Of a stretch of 64,000 bases of DNA, positions 1 to 12,400 are shown piece by piece. The notes below the pieces were generated by a model. That model was not told the DNA's origin and did no database searches. It saw only the letters and a list, made by a program, of their open reading frames with translations. This stretch comes from Hormiphora californensis (lineage: Eukaryota > Animalia > Ctenophora): NCBI GenBank assembly GCA_020137815.1, contig CM035351.1, positions 3,906,001 through 3,970,000 of the forward strand, in the 5' to 3' direction. Position 1 is the first letter of the stretch. Each line of letters begins with the position of its first letter. Made by a program: the position numbers and the translations under genes.

Positions 1-3000
1 CCAGTTAGCTATCTCTACTCAACCACAATATTGAGGCACTAGTTTGGGGTTTCAGCCAAGCCCATACTGCATAAACCATCTGTATTAGACTCTCACAGTC
101 AGATGAGATGTGGATGAATTCAGTTGTTTTCCTTCTGGCAGGACAATATGAACAGTGAACTACTACTATACTTTCACTGTTTATCTCTTCATCTAGCAGC
201 CTATCTATTCATCTCACCCGGCCTAAATAATATTGCAAGTTATAAGTGTATAGGTTTATTGATTTTTCATAATGAGCATGAGCAATCAATGTTAGATCTC
301 TATTGACTATTTGTCCGCTATAACATTCATTGCCAGCTACTGTAAGAGTACACAGAGTTTTGAAGATTTGAAATTTCTTGAATCTTGAGAAATGGAAGTC
401 AAACTTCTTCTTCACCCCCAATCTGGTGTGATATCTCGCTAACACTATTGGCTGGTGAACCCTACACGTGACCAAATTGACGCCTGTGTAAACCCATGTA
501 ATGGAAATCCTATCACGTGTCCAGTTTCGATCCCCTGATTGGTTTTCTACACCCATACACGAGGGGTGATCCGGGGCTTCACGAGGTATACACGTGGTTC
601 ACACCAAGGACCTAAAGTGAGGTTTTGGAAAGCGTTCGACGACACCCCTCTCGAGACAAGTCTGAAAAATTTTCCTTGTGTAACTCTAAAGAGAGCTTAT
701 TTATTAAGTGTGCTTAAAGTTTCGTCGAAGAGCCCCTGACCTGTGAGGTTCCTCCACGGTTACCGGGGGCGGCAGTGGGTGCTCCTGTTGTTTGGTACAT
801 TTGCTGGGGGTTCTGCATGCTTGGTATTATAGCTAGAGAACCGGAGGGAGTCGAGTTAGTTTTTGACAAAGTAACAGCTGCAACAGCAAACAAGATAGAT
901 CGGCAACAAGCTGTCAAGAAAGCACATATTATTAAAGATCAAAAAGCAGCCGGTAGATCTATCGGCTAGTATGCCCGCGTGCGGGATCCATGCGATCATT
1001 CAAACATTATCTGAATTTCTTTCTATCTCTCTTCCTCTCTCTCTCATATTGCTAACATTCTCTCTCTCTCTCTCTCATATCTCTGGAGTGACCAGCGGCG
1101 ACGGGGGGATAGTGATGACAGGGGCCGGGATAATAATAAGGAAACCCTGTAAACTGCAACCGGGACGATAGCCTTCACACACGTGTACATGTTGTAACGG
1201 TCAACTTTTTATCAATATGACGGCCTGGGCATGACACTTTCAGAGAGATTACAGATGAAACACTGTATCAATATATAGAGTGGTTGTCAGGCCAATGCTC
1301 TGACAGCATAGTGGTACATGTACCACTGAAATCAGTAACGCGAAGTTTGCTGTTCGCCTTACAATGTATCTGCGAAGTACCGATACGAGCAAAGAAACAC
1401 TTTGCAGTTAAATTCTGAGTAACACGGGTTGCTAAATCCTCATGCTCAATTGCCTATCAATGCGTAACAATGAGAGAGAGAAAGAGACAGGGATTTGAGA
1501 AAATACATACAATAGAGACGAAGTTTATAGTAAGAGGGGAAGAGAGTTTTATGCAACAACATCTTCACTGCACGACTAGGCCATGACGTGTTGACGTGAT
1601 GCAGGTTTAAAAGGTGCGTCTCGAAGACAGCTCTTTCACTATTTACTACACACACAGTCTCTCTGTAGATAGATGGAGAGACGTTAGGGAACTTGGAATA
1701 ATGGAACATATTGTTTGGGAAACAATATATTGTCCAGAGTTGGACTCAAACAAAGATTTGGAGCGTAGAGCCATAGTTGAGAGCTCCTAGGTGAGAGCAT
1801 TGGCAGAGCGAAAACTGTGGTCAGAGCATTGGCCTGACAGACACATGGAATTTGAACTGTGAAATGAGTCTGAGAGTGGAACGCTCTTTATATAGGTAAG
1901 TCTAGAGATGAGTAGAAGCTACTCAAATAGCGAACTATCTAAACTGAAAATGAAACATGAGGTATTTCTTGATGAGGGAGTGGGGACCGCCTAGGAGAAT
2001 TGAGGTGCGATAATTCACTTGATCGCCCGAACTCGTACAAATAGTAGAACTTGTTGAGTAACAAAGTAGAACCGCTCCCTGAAACCGTTACAAAGACTAG
2101 ACTAGACCAGACTGCTGCTGCGGGACATTCAAAGTGGGGACTTGTTGAGCGGGATAACTTTATATAAGTGGTGCTAGCCACCAGGATACATCAATTGGGT
2201 GTGGTGTGTGTTTCTGTTTTCAATTAACGTGCAGTGGACACAATGGGCAGAGTTGTTGGTGTGGAAGTGCAGGCCATTAGCACTAGGTCAGACAAATTGT
2301 TACAGCTGCAGGCACCCTACAAAGGGGAGGGGGTTGGAGCTATAATATTGAGGAAACATAGAACATTGATAGGAAACACGCTCTGATACCAACCTGCAGC
2401 AACCACACCACCCTGTATTGTGAACAGCTTGAGCTGGGGATACTATCGCGAGGTAGGGGTGAATTTGTCACAAACCTATATAATTGCTCTCCCTTCCTCA
2501 TCGGCAATACAATAAAGCGGCTACTGGGAATTGCTTTATTATAGCTATTGAAATCTAATCAACCAGGGAGATATTGATTAGCTTTCAATGGTCGATTCTC
2601 GTCTACGTTAATTCTCGTATGGTTGACCCGGCCGGGTGATTGGTCAGGCAATATAAGACTGGGTTGATTGGTCAGGGTAAATTGAAGATCATCGAGCTAC
2701 TGTGTGACAAATGAAATCTTAATGGATGTGAGAAATAATGAATCCACCGTCGCGGAGGGAAATGGCTCGAGATTCAAAGGAGGAGAAGATGGTTAATTGT
2801 CATTGAAAGGCTCATTCCTCTCATTCATATTCAACAAAGGTTCAGGCCATTAGCAAGATGAATAATATGACTAGCATTAAGATCTGGCTTGAAAAAGAGT
2901 AACAAAGAGCATCAGCAAGAGAATATTCCGAGGAACAGGATCTACTCTATGAAGAGAGCTAGGACTTAGGAGAAGGAGATTATTGAAACTCGTCTGAAAG

Positions 3001-3295
3001 CGCACTACTAAAAACTGAAGCCGATCTGAAGAATAAAAAGGGTGGCGGAGAAGTTTTTGCCGCTCTCATGATCAAGGTGATCCCAGGTAGATTAAAACCA
3101 CTCATTAGATAAGCAAACAAAACGGATCCTGGTACAAGAAGTTAGAAGAGTTGAGATCTCTCCCATGCTGGTACAAGAGGAGTTGAGATCTCTCCCATGC
3201 TAGTACAAGAGGTTAATGGGATGTTGTTTTCCTTGCTAAACGATCGGTACTTAGCGGTCCCCCTGAGAAAACACTATTTAATGCAGGGAGACAAG

Positions 3296-3296
3296 A

Positions 3297-3354
<58 letters not shown>

Positions 3355-3356
3355 GA

Positions 3357-3444
<88 letters not shown>

Positions 3445-3468
3445 GAGAGAGAGAGAGAGAGAGAGAGT

Positions 3469-3499
<31 letters not shown>

Positions 3500-3510
3500 A
3501 GAGAGAAGGG
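3296..3510. repeat. (AG)n microsatellite
   Basis: Visible dinucleotide run; one of many such runs in the window. Confidence 0.95.
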
Positions 3511-5639
3511 AGAAACAGAGCTCTTTTCTCGGCTGATGATTGGAAGGAAAACCAATCTAATATTGGTCTCCTGCTGAGTGGTGTGTTGCAAATGGAGAGT
3601 ATGCTAAAAGGAGTGATCATGGTGGAGGTAAAGAGCTACTTTTGCTCTACCCACTCTCTCTTTCTCTCTCCTGTCACGCAGCAACCCTGAGTAGAGGAAA
3701 TAGAGAGCAAAATAGAAAGGGTAGAGATAGTAACAGGGTAGTTCCCAATCCACGTGGGTGGCTTGATCACCTGGTACTGTCCCTTCTCTCTCTCTCCCTC
3801 TCCCTCTCGTTCTCTCTCTTTCTCTCTCTCCCTCTCTCTCTGTCTCTCTTTTAAGTGCAGTGGGGGCGAAAGACCTGTGTGTAGTGCTGCACCTTCGCTG
3901 ATCTTAATTGCTAATTAGCATATGAGCGGTAAATATGATGAGCTTGATTATGAAAGGGTCTAATTTTGTTTGAAGGTCTCTTGAGGAGTGAGACTGAGAA
4001 TATGAGAAGGAGTGGGAATTAGACTGAGAGAGAGAATGGATAGATCTACACAGATAGATAGACTACTCTTTCATTACAAACGCGGGAAGATTGATCAAGA
4101 GCGATGAGTGACTGGTTGTTGGGCATGTGGCCAAGAAAACAACACCTTGGTACTGTGTACAGTAGTCTCATGTGGACATGTGGGTGTCCATGTGTACAGT
4201 TCAGTAGCCTAGTGTGGGCATGTGAATCTTGTAGTTTTAGGGAAGATACTGCGTGACTCTCTTGTGTCTTGCAAAATATTTTAAATTGAACTGAGGTGAA
4301 GAAGAAACGAAAATAATTGGATTGGACAATAAGCTGTTTCATGGTTCATGCACTTCACACTTCGCAGTCCACACTTCACAGTTCACAATTCTATGGTTCA
4401 ATGCACATGTTACTGACTGTGATGACTATCACCACCTTCCGTTTCTTTCTAGCAGTATTGCACTTGACGGGATTCTGTAGCCTCATAATATCCCTGTTAC
4501 AATATGTCTCTGAGAGAGAGTAGGTTGTGACATATCTGGAGAGACTCTCTCAGATATGTCACAACCTACTAGAACACCCACAACCTATAACAGTATAACA
4601 CCCTGCACCATCTGATCCTTGCAGAGGTTCCGTCCTAGGATCCTCCAGGCACACGACAAATTCAACTTGTATGGAGTCCCCCTCTCATTACGAGTAAAAT
4701 ATGATGGGGAACCCTTCGAATATGTGACATGGCAATGAAGGAGTGAAGGCTGAGTATCAGAGTGCTGACCCCCTCCCCTTCGATAAATCCGATAATCCGA
4801 TCACTCTGACAGACATTATGAAAATGGATGCAGTGTTTATTATTAAAATAGTGGCTTGGTGTGGTCGATGGAGGGACCCATATTGTCTGCAGTTCATGTG
4901 TGTGGAACTCGAGTCATTAGCATTATAGGGGCAATTACTGCTAGGTATATTTAGAACTCCCTTTTAGAGAGAACTATAAGCTGTATAATAGAAAGACATC
5001 TTGATGTAGCTGCTATTTGAAACTGATGGGAGTGAAAGGTGAAGTGTAGGATTCAATGCCATTGCTTTTAGAGAGAAACCGTTAGCAGTTAGAGCCATTA
5101 GGAGGGAGAGTTAGAGGGAGAGTTAGAGGGAATGGGAGAGGGAGAGAGAAATAAAGAGCAAATAATGATGCAACAGCTAAGAGCAGGAACGTCAGGAGAA
5201 AATATGAAGGGAGAGAGAGAGACTTTATAGATAGAGAGAGAGAGGTATATTATAGGGTCACTGCATCTCTTCTCAATTGACCACCAGAATGTTGGTATAC
5301 AATACAATGTGTTACAGTTACACGTGTATCAATGCTTTCACTGCCTCGCGTACTGTCTCACTTTTTGCAGGCTATACGAGAAGGAATTTGTCGCTGCTGC
5401 CCCTCCCTGCAGCTACCCTCCTACTGACCTCTCTGTCAGCTGACACCTTCTTGCTTTGTATGATACCATTGATCCGTTGCTCTCCTGTGTTTTTCTTCCT
5501 GTCCTGAGTCCTCGCGAGTATACACCATTTTACTAGCCTCGAGAGAGAGAGTTGATCTCCCTCCTACCGGTGTGGTAATCGTCCACATTCTCTCCAACAA
5601 TTCACTCTCCCCCACCTCTCTCAATGCTTCTTACCATGC

Positions 5640-5688
<49 letters not shown>

Positions 5689-6256
5689 TCTATTGAGATC
5701 CCTCTCTATCCATTCTTTAACTTGTCTGGCATTCATCGATCTCTCCATCCTAGCCTCTCCCTATTATACTCCCCCAGCATCCAGGGTTCATACTCTTATC
5801 AGTTGTCCTGGAGATGTAATTTCTTTAAAACCCTTCTTGATTTGATTGAATACACATGTTTGTCATGTGTACCATAGCCTTCAGCAGCCAATGTACACGA
5901 GGAGGGGTATCGTGTGACGTGTACGAGTTGGCCAAATAATACCAGTCATCAGGCCATCCAATCATCATACTGATGATCTCCTTTAAACCCGGGATACATA
6001 ATATGTCGTCTCCATAGTAACCCCTACATTTCCTAATATCCAATCAGGCTCAACATCATGATGAACATGTCCTTAGCCTACCTCGATTTCTGTTGCTATT
6101 CTTGAAGTTCGTACCCACTATGACTTCAGCCTGGTTTTTCGTCTACGATTTTTATTCATTCCTCTCTTTTTCTCTACAGTAGGATTCATTTCTCTCCTCC
6201 TCACATTTTTCTATCCGTGTTCATTTTTGTCACCCACTCACCACATCTCTCTTTTC

Positions 6257-6371
<115 letters not shown>

Positions 6372-9300
6372 TCATTCCTCTCTCCATGAGTTCGGTGTCT
6401 GGTTTCTCCACCTGGGTCACCCAGCTACACTCTGATCTTATTTCTCACTCAATACCTTCTATCCAGCTCCCTCTCTCTGTTGTTGTCATATGTGTGCCGA
6501 ATATAATGAATAATATGATCTTCTCCTTCTCCTACTCCTCGGCCAGGTGGATTTGTTAATTATCATTCCACTGAATTCTGATTTTCCAAGAAGCTGAGAG
6601 TGTGTGGTGGATACTCTGAGTTATTCCGGTTCCTAGTGTCCCCCATGCGGCAGGCCGGTCAAATAGTATATGTTTGTTGTAGTTCTGATCACAGTGGGTG
6701 TCATGGCAACCCCCTCCCCTAATGATATATAGCAGGTCCCTTACATTCGTACATACCCCTGTGTGATACACTCTCTCGTTTCTTTGTCATTATACGTGTG
6801 TGTATTATACATTGCTTGTGATCGAATATATCGTATGCCTCTGTGACGTACCTCTGTATAGTCGAATAGGGCCGTTGATTGTTCAAGTAGGTACCTAAGC
6901 TTCACTTTATTCCATGTCTTGCCGTCCTTATATTTTAGCTTCAAAATGGCTTGTCTTTGCCATACTTGCCATGATACAGTACAATTTACAACTCTCTAGT
7001 GTACAATTGCAATGTACCTGAATCATGATGTAACAGTAGCCTATATTCCTTATCAGCTACTATGATATGACACGGGACCCTTTTCTCTCTGTCACCTGTG
7101 ACAAATGCAAGACTGCAATAAACTCAGACACCAGGTATGTTCAGGTTAATCTGCTGAACCATCACCACCAGATAGGTTTGTTTTTGTGTACGACGCAGCT
7201 TATGAACCTGATTTAATGGGACACGTCTAGGTAGGCGGATATGGGCCCATAATATGGAGGAGGCGAATATATCCTCACTCAAAACTTGAATCAGACATTT
7301 CTCCCAAATCCACATGTACAGTGTACGCAAGTACATAATACAAAAGTTGAATCCATGTGCCTAAATCACTTCCAGTACCACTATCTACTCAACTGACTCC
7401 CTTCTAGGTTTGAGTACCTGTGTGGGCACATAATCTGTAAGATCTGTGAGGGTAATGGGAGACCCACCACTGGGAAGTGCGTGTATTGTGGACACCCCGG
7501 ACCAGCACAAGTTCACAGGTAACTTCAGGAGGAAACTATAGAATGTATTGTAAAAAGTAAGAAGTCGTTTCACTCCATAGATGGGCGAAAAGTCTTCTTG
7601 GTCATTCCCAGACCCCAGTTCGTAACTCTTCAGAACCTAAGAGCATGTTCAAAGAATTGCGTCACAGTCCACAGATAATGGGATTCATTTGACCTTTTAC
7701 GGCGACTAATTTCAAAGCTATAATCCTAATTTTTTTCACCATTATTACATGACGTGTAGAACTAAGACACTTTCGACACACTTGATAGCTAAACAGCACC
7801 TTTTTAAACGATATTGAACAGCTCCTGAGCATATCCAAATAGCTCCTGTAGCACTGCATAGCTGCCCATATATTATATAGCTAAGCTATTTTCAGTGAGC
7901 AATTACAGTCTACCACAGCCCATTATATTATGTATAACCGTTTCATAACTTATCGTCTTCATTACACAAACATACAATTGTCGTAGTCTTAAAATGTACA
8001 GTTCTGTTTCACAATGCAAATGTTATTCGGATTCTTATAATAGCCATTAGCCATATAATATGGACATATCATCTAGAACTTGACTAGATTCCTAGCAATC
8101 TTATGCCACACACAAACAGACAAACATACAAACAAACATACAGACACCATAGACACCTGTACACACACATGTCATGTGATCTGCATACCCCATACCTCAT
8201 GGGACATTGGGCCATCAGCAGAATGAGAGATGAAATACTACTGAGTTGCTGTCATTGGATCTCCTTGTTGAGTAAGTATCCTCTTTACTGGTCTACTACA
8301 CAACACTACAACACTACACTACTACAACACTACATTACAATCTTGTAGTGGATCATTCGTTGTAGCTTTTCACTTTTCATTCGTTGTAGTTTTTCCTAGT
8401 GCTTTACTGTTATACTTTGTGGATGGGTTTGTTAGATCTATCATTTATGAGTTGTCCCTATATACCTACTGTTAATTAGATTGACAAATTGTGTTCTGTT
8501 GCCCCAATTCCACTTCCACTCCATGCAAGCTTCATATCACTTTCAGATTCTCTAATCCCCCACACACACATGTTACCCAGCTCCCACACTCTCATTCCAC
8601 CAAATTAAATGATAATGTGTAACCATGGCGACCACTCATCACTAGCAGGCTACCCCTCTCACCCTCACTCCTCCCCTGGTGTTTCCCTTACTTTGTATAG
8701 AGCTTGATGTAATGTGTACCACGCTTTGTGCCTTGGAATGCGGTATATTGATAAGCCAACCCTAGAAAGATAGATTATAGAAAGGCTGCAATATCATATG
8801 GCATGCATATAACATAAAATTTCGTGATCCTTTGGACTGTGTGTTGTTGACTAATGACTGAACCCTCCCTGCATATGCTACCTTTATTAGATCTGCCTGG
8901 TGCAGAAAAACATGAAATCAGTCTCACATTTCACATACACATACGTATTTCGATCAAGCACGTGATATGACCAAACTAATAATATCACAAGACTTACCCT
9001 TTACTATACTATTAGTGAGGTTTGACTTGTAGATAAGAGTGAACACAATTATTTGTCCGTGCGGGCTATAAGCAGTTTACACACGCTCACAAAAGACCGG
9101 GGGACATTGTAAAGTAAGAGAGAAAAGAGAGCTAGCGAGCTAGGCCGCTCGCAATGTGAAACTGCAGAGCGTGTTTCCGGGTCTCATGGTCGGGGATGTA
9201 GACACTATGTTTTAATGTTTATGTGCGTTGTGAAAATTTCATGTTTCAGTTAATTCTAAACTGCCTTGCTCATTAATGAGCTTATGACTAAATGACAGTG

Positions 9301-9442
9301 ACAGGACTTGTTATTGTGACGGCCTGTGACCATTAGGGACTCCATCCATCGTTCTTCTCTTCTTCTCTCTACATTTCTAGAATCAATTTCCAATTTTTCG
9401 TTATCTTCCCTTCCATTTCCAACTCCTCTCGCCCTCCTATAG

Positions 9443-12400
9443 CTCAAGCGATGCGGCAGCTAGAGTGCCCGTTAGTGACGTTTGTGAAGCCTGCGAAGAC
9501 ACAGCACTTTACGCCTGCGTGAGCTGCCCCAAGCTACTCTGCGACCGCTGTGCTCAAATCCACAGGTGCTAACTCTAATTACTATCGTGTTACCATGGTA
9601 ATACACAGGTGCCATACACGCAGTATCGGTATCCAGGGTTGTCATGGTATAATTGTAGTTCACTAACTCAGGGGGGGGGGTCACTAACTCACTTGATATA
9701 TAATCGATTATATCCAGCTGACTCCACTAATGAGATGCTAACACCCTCTCTGTTGTTTCAGTGTTAGTCCAGCTAGAGGGAATCACCAGGTTGTATACCT
9801 GAAGGATTACCCACGACAGGCCGATCCAGCAGAGCACCAGCACCAACAGGTCAACTACGACGTTCCTGAACACCTGTACCTCTCACGGAAACGATCCTCC
9901 CCGGACACAAAGGAAGGGGAACCGGGGAAGAAGAAGTCATCAGCAGCAGCTGGTGTTGAGACCTGGGATAGGACTGCTGAGGCGAGGAAACCCTTCAGGA
10001 AGAACGTACCAGTGAAACAGTTCAGCTATAGTAGATCTGTGAGCAGTATGGCCAGTGAGAAGTTATCCGAGAGGTCTTTCTGCCGCTCGGAGAAATCTGT
10101 TGGTACTGATGTATCTGGAACAGCGAGTATGATCCGTAATAACAACTTCACCATCATGGTTTACAGCAACAGCGAGGGTCCACCGTCTGATCCGGGCGTT
10201 GTCAGGGTGATCAAGAAGACTCCCGTTCACAGTGCTGCTCCTTCACAAACACAACAACCTCAGGTGTTTGGAGAGTGCCATGATCACACGGTTTACATCG
10301 CCAGAAAAGCATCAGAATCTCTAAGCAGCAGTGACAGCACGACCAGTTTCAGTAGTCACACGTGTGAGTCACACAATGAGGAATATACGAGGAGCAGATC
10401 AAGGAGCAGATCGGTTAACAGACACCACTGCAATCATAACAGGTCTGATACAATGGATAACATCTCGGATATCCTTAGTGGAGGGAGGAACTCCAGGGCC
10501 GTCAGTAGTGAGACATCCCCCGGGTTGGTCAGGGAAAGATCACCCTACCAGCAGAGCAGTAAGACCTCCGAGAGGAGCGATGAAGTGGGCGAGGTTGTTG
10601 CTATGGGGATTGGCGAGGTTGCTATGGGTATGGTCGAAGAGGATGGTGACGATTGTTGTACCCCGGTTATACACCAGGGACTGGTGGTCCCTGTCAAGCA
10701 ACAACCGGTACACCTTCTGTATGACAAGGAGCAGTTTACTGATGTCACTCCTAAACTTGATCACCCACAGTTGGCATTTGAGGTTGAGGTAATCAAGAAG
10801 CCAGCTAGAGCAGGGAGTACCTCGTCTTCTGGAAGCAGCAAATCTGGTCGTCTTTCTAGGAGTTCGAGATCTAGTAAATCTCTATCCCACACTTCTGAAG
10901 TGGTGAATGTACTCCACTCCGCTTCAGAGAGTTCCAGACATTCCCTGGTTGATGATCTTCTTGAGAAATACGAGACACCAGCAGCACACCACTCTGATGA
11001 AGAGGAGGATCAGCCGTGTATGGTGCCGGTGAAGACCCCAGACCGGACCTCCCCTAACTCCTCCACCTTCATGGAGAGAGTTAGAAGCACCAGCCTGGGG
11101 AACAGTGACAAGTTCATTGACGAAGACCTGTACAATGATTCAGTAGCTGCTGATGTCGGAGAGGAGCGGGATGTGGAGGAGGAGGAGGTAGAGGCAGGGT
11201 ACATGACACACTCCTCCCATTATTCTGAGACAGCGGAACTAGACAATTTGAGCAACATTTCCGAGGAACAAGAGGAAACCGCGGCTGAGGTTATCCCACA
11301 CCGGGCTGTGGATGGTTCTAGTTCTCAAGTACGAAGAGATTCTAGAGAGGATCAGGTGCCCAAAAAGGGCGGGGATAAGAAGGAAGGAGCAGTGTTAGTT
11401 AAGCAAGAGGAGGTCGATGAGAGCGACAAGGAGAGTGGATCGAGGAAGGGTGATGAATATGGGGTAATTATGCAGGTCGAGGAAGCCTCCATAAACTCTG
11501 ATATAGAGTCAGGAGAGGAGATGGGGTATCAACTCAAACTTGATGTTGAGGATCTCCCAGAGTCTGAATCAGTTTTGGTATCCAAGGAGATTGTTGTTTC
11601 TAACAACGCCGTGCCTTCACCGGTGTTTGGAAGGAAGCAATCTGTACCTATGGTAACGGAGCGCAGGAGATCCTCCGCAGCAAGCCAATCGAAGATCCCC
11701 ATTGCTCGAACTCCCTCGGGGGAGAGGCTAAGGAGAAGGTCCATGTCGGCGGAGAGCAGAGATTCCAGCCCGGGTAAGGGGTCGCGGCGAGGTTCCACCG
11801 GATCTCAACCGCGATCTAGAACATCTTCTAAAGGTAGCCTAACAGGGATTCCAATGACCCGGACTCCATCTGGTGAGAAACTCCGAAGATCTGTATCCCG
11901 ATCAAGTTCAGTGGAGAGTAGGAATTCAAGTGCGTCCCCAAAACGAAGTCTCCGGCGGTCTTCCTCGACTGGGAGCGCCTCTAGAATTCCCGTTAGGAGG
12001 CGAAGTTCTGCCAAGGCAAGCAACTCCAGAGCGAGTTCTGCTAGTCCAGCGAGGTCAGGAAGCTCAGCAAGTCCCACCAGGAGTAGAGCGTCATCTGCTG
12101 AAGGGGGTAGGACCAAAATACCTGTTTTGAAGAAGGCTAACACTCTCAGATCGGCTTCTTCAAGCAGTGGTTCCAGCGTCCCAAGTGGTAAACCTCCATT
12201 GCCCCGCACTATGTCCCGAGACTCAGGGACAGGGATTAGAAATGACGAAAATACTGCGAGGAAATCTATGGAACTCTACTCAGCCTCTACCGCTACAACA
12301 GGCTCTTCAACCTCGGACAGCACCATTAACAGAGTTATAAGACAGGAATCTGAGGATGCTGTTGCTAGGGAACCTGAGGAAATTCAGGTGGTTACTAAGG

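Noticed and set aside
3197-3854. ER/RE- and SL/LS-repeat ORFs here and at 6217, 22756, 23297, 24215, 27398, 51758, 60490 and 62521
   Set aside because: Translations of (AG/CT)n microsatellites.
4519-4570. Hairpin as ncRNA or terminator (also ~57008-57043)
   Set aside because: Isolated short inverted repeats typical of MITE remnants here; no RNA-family features recognised.
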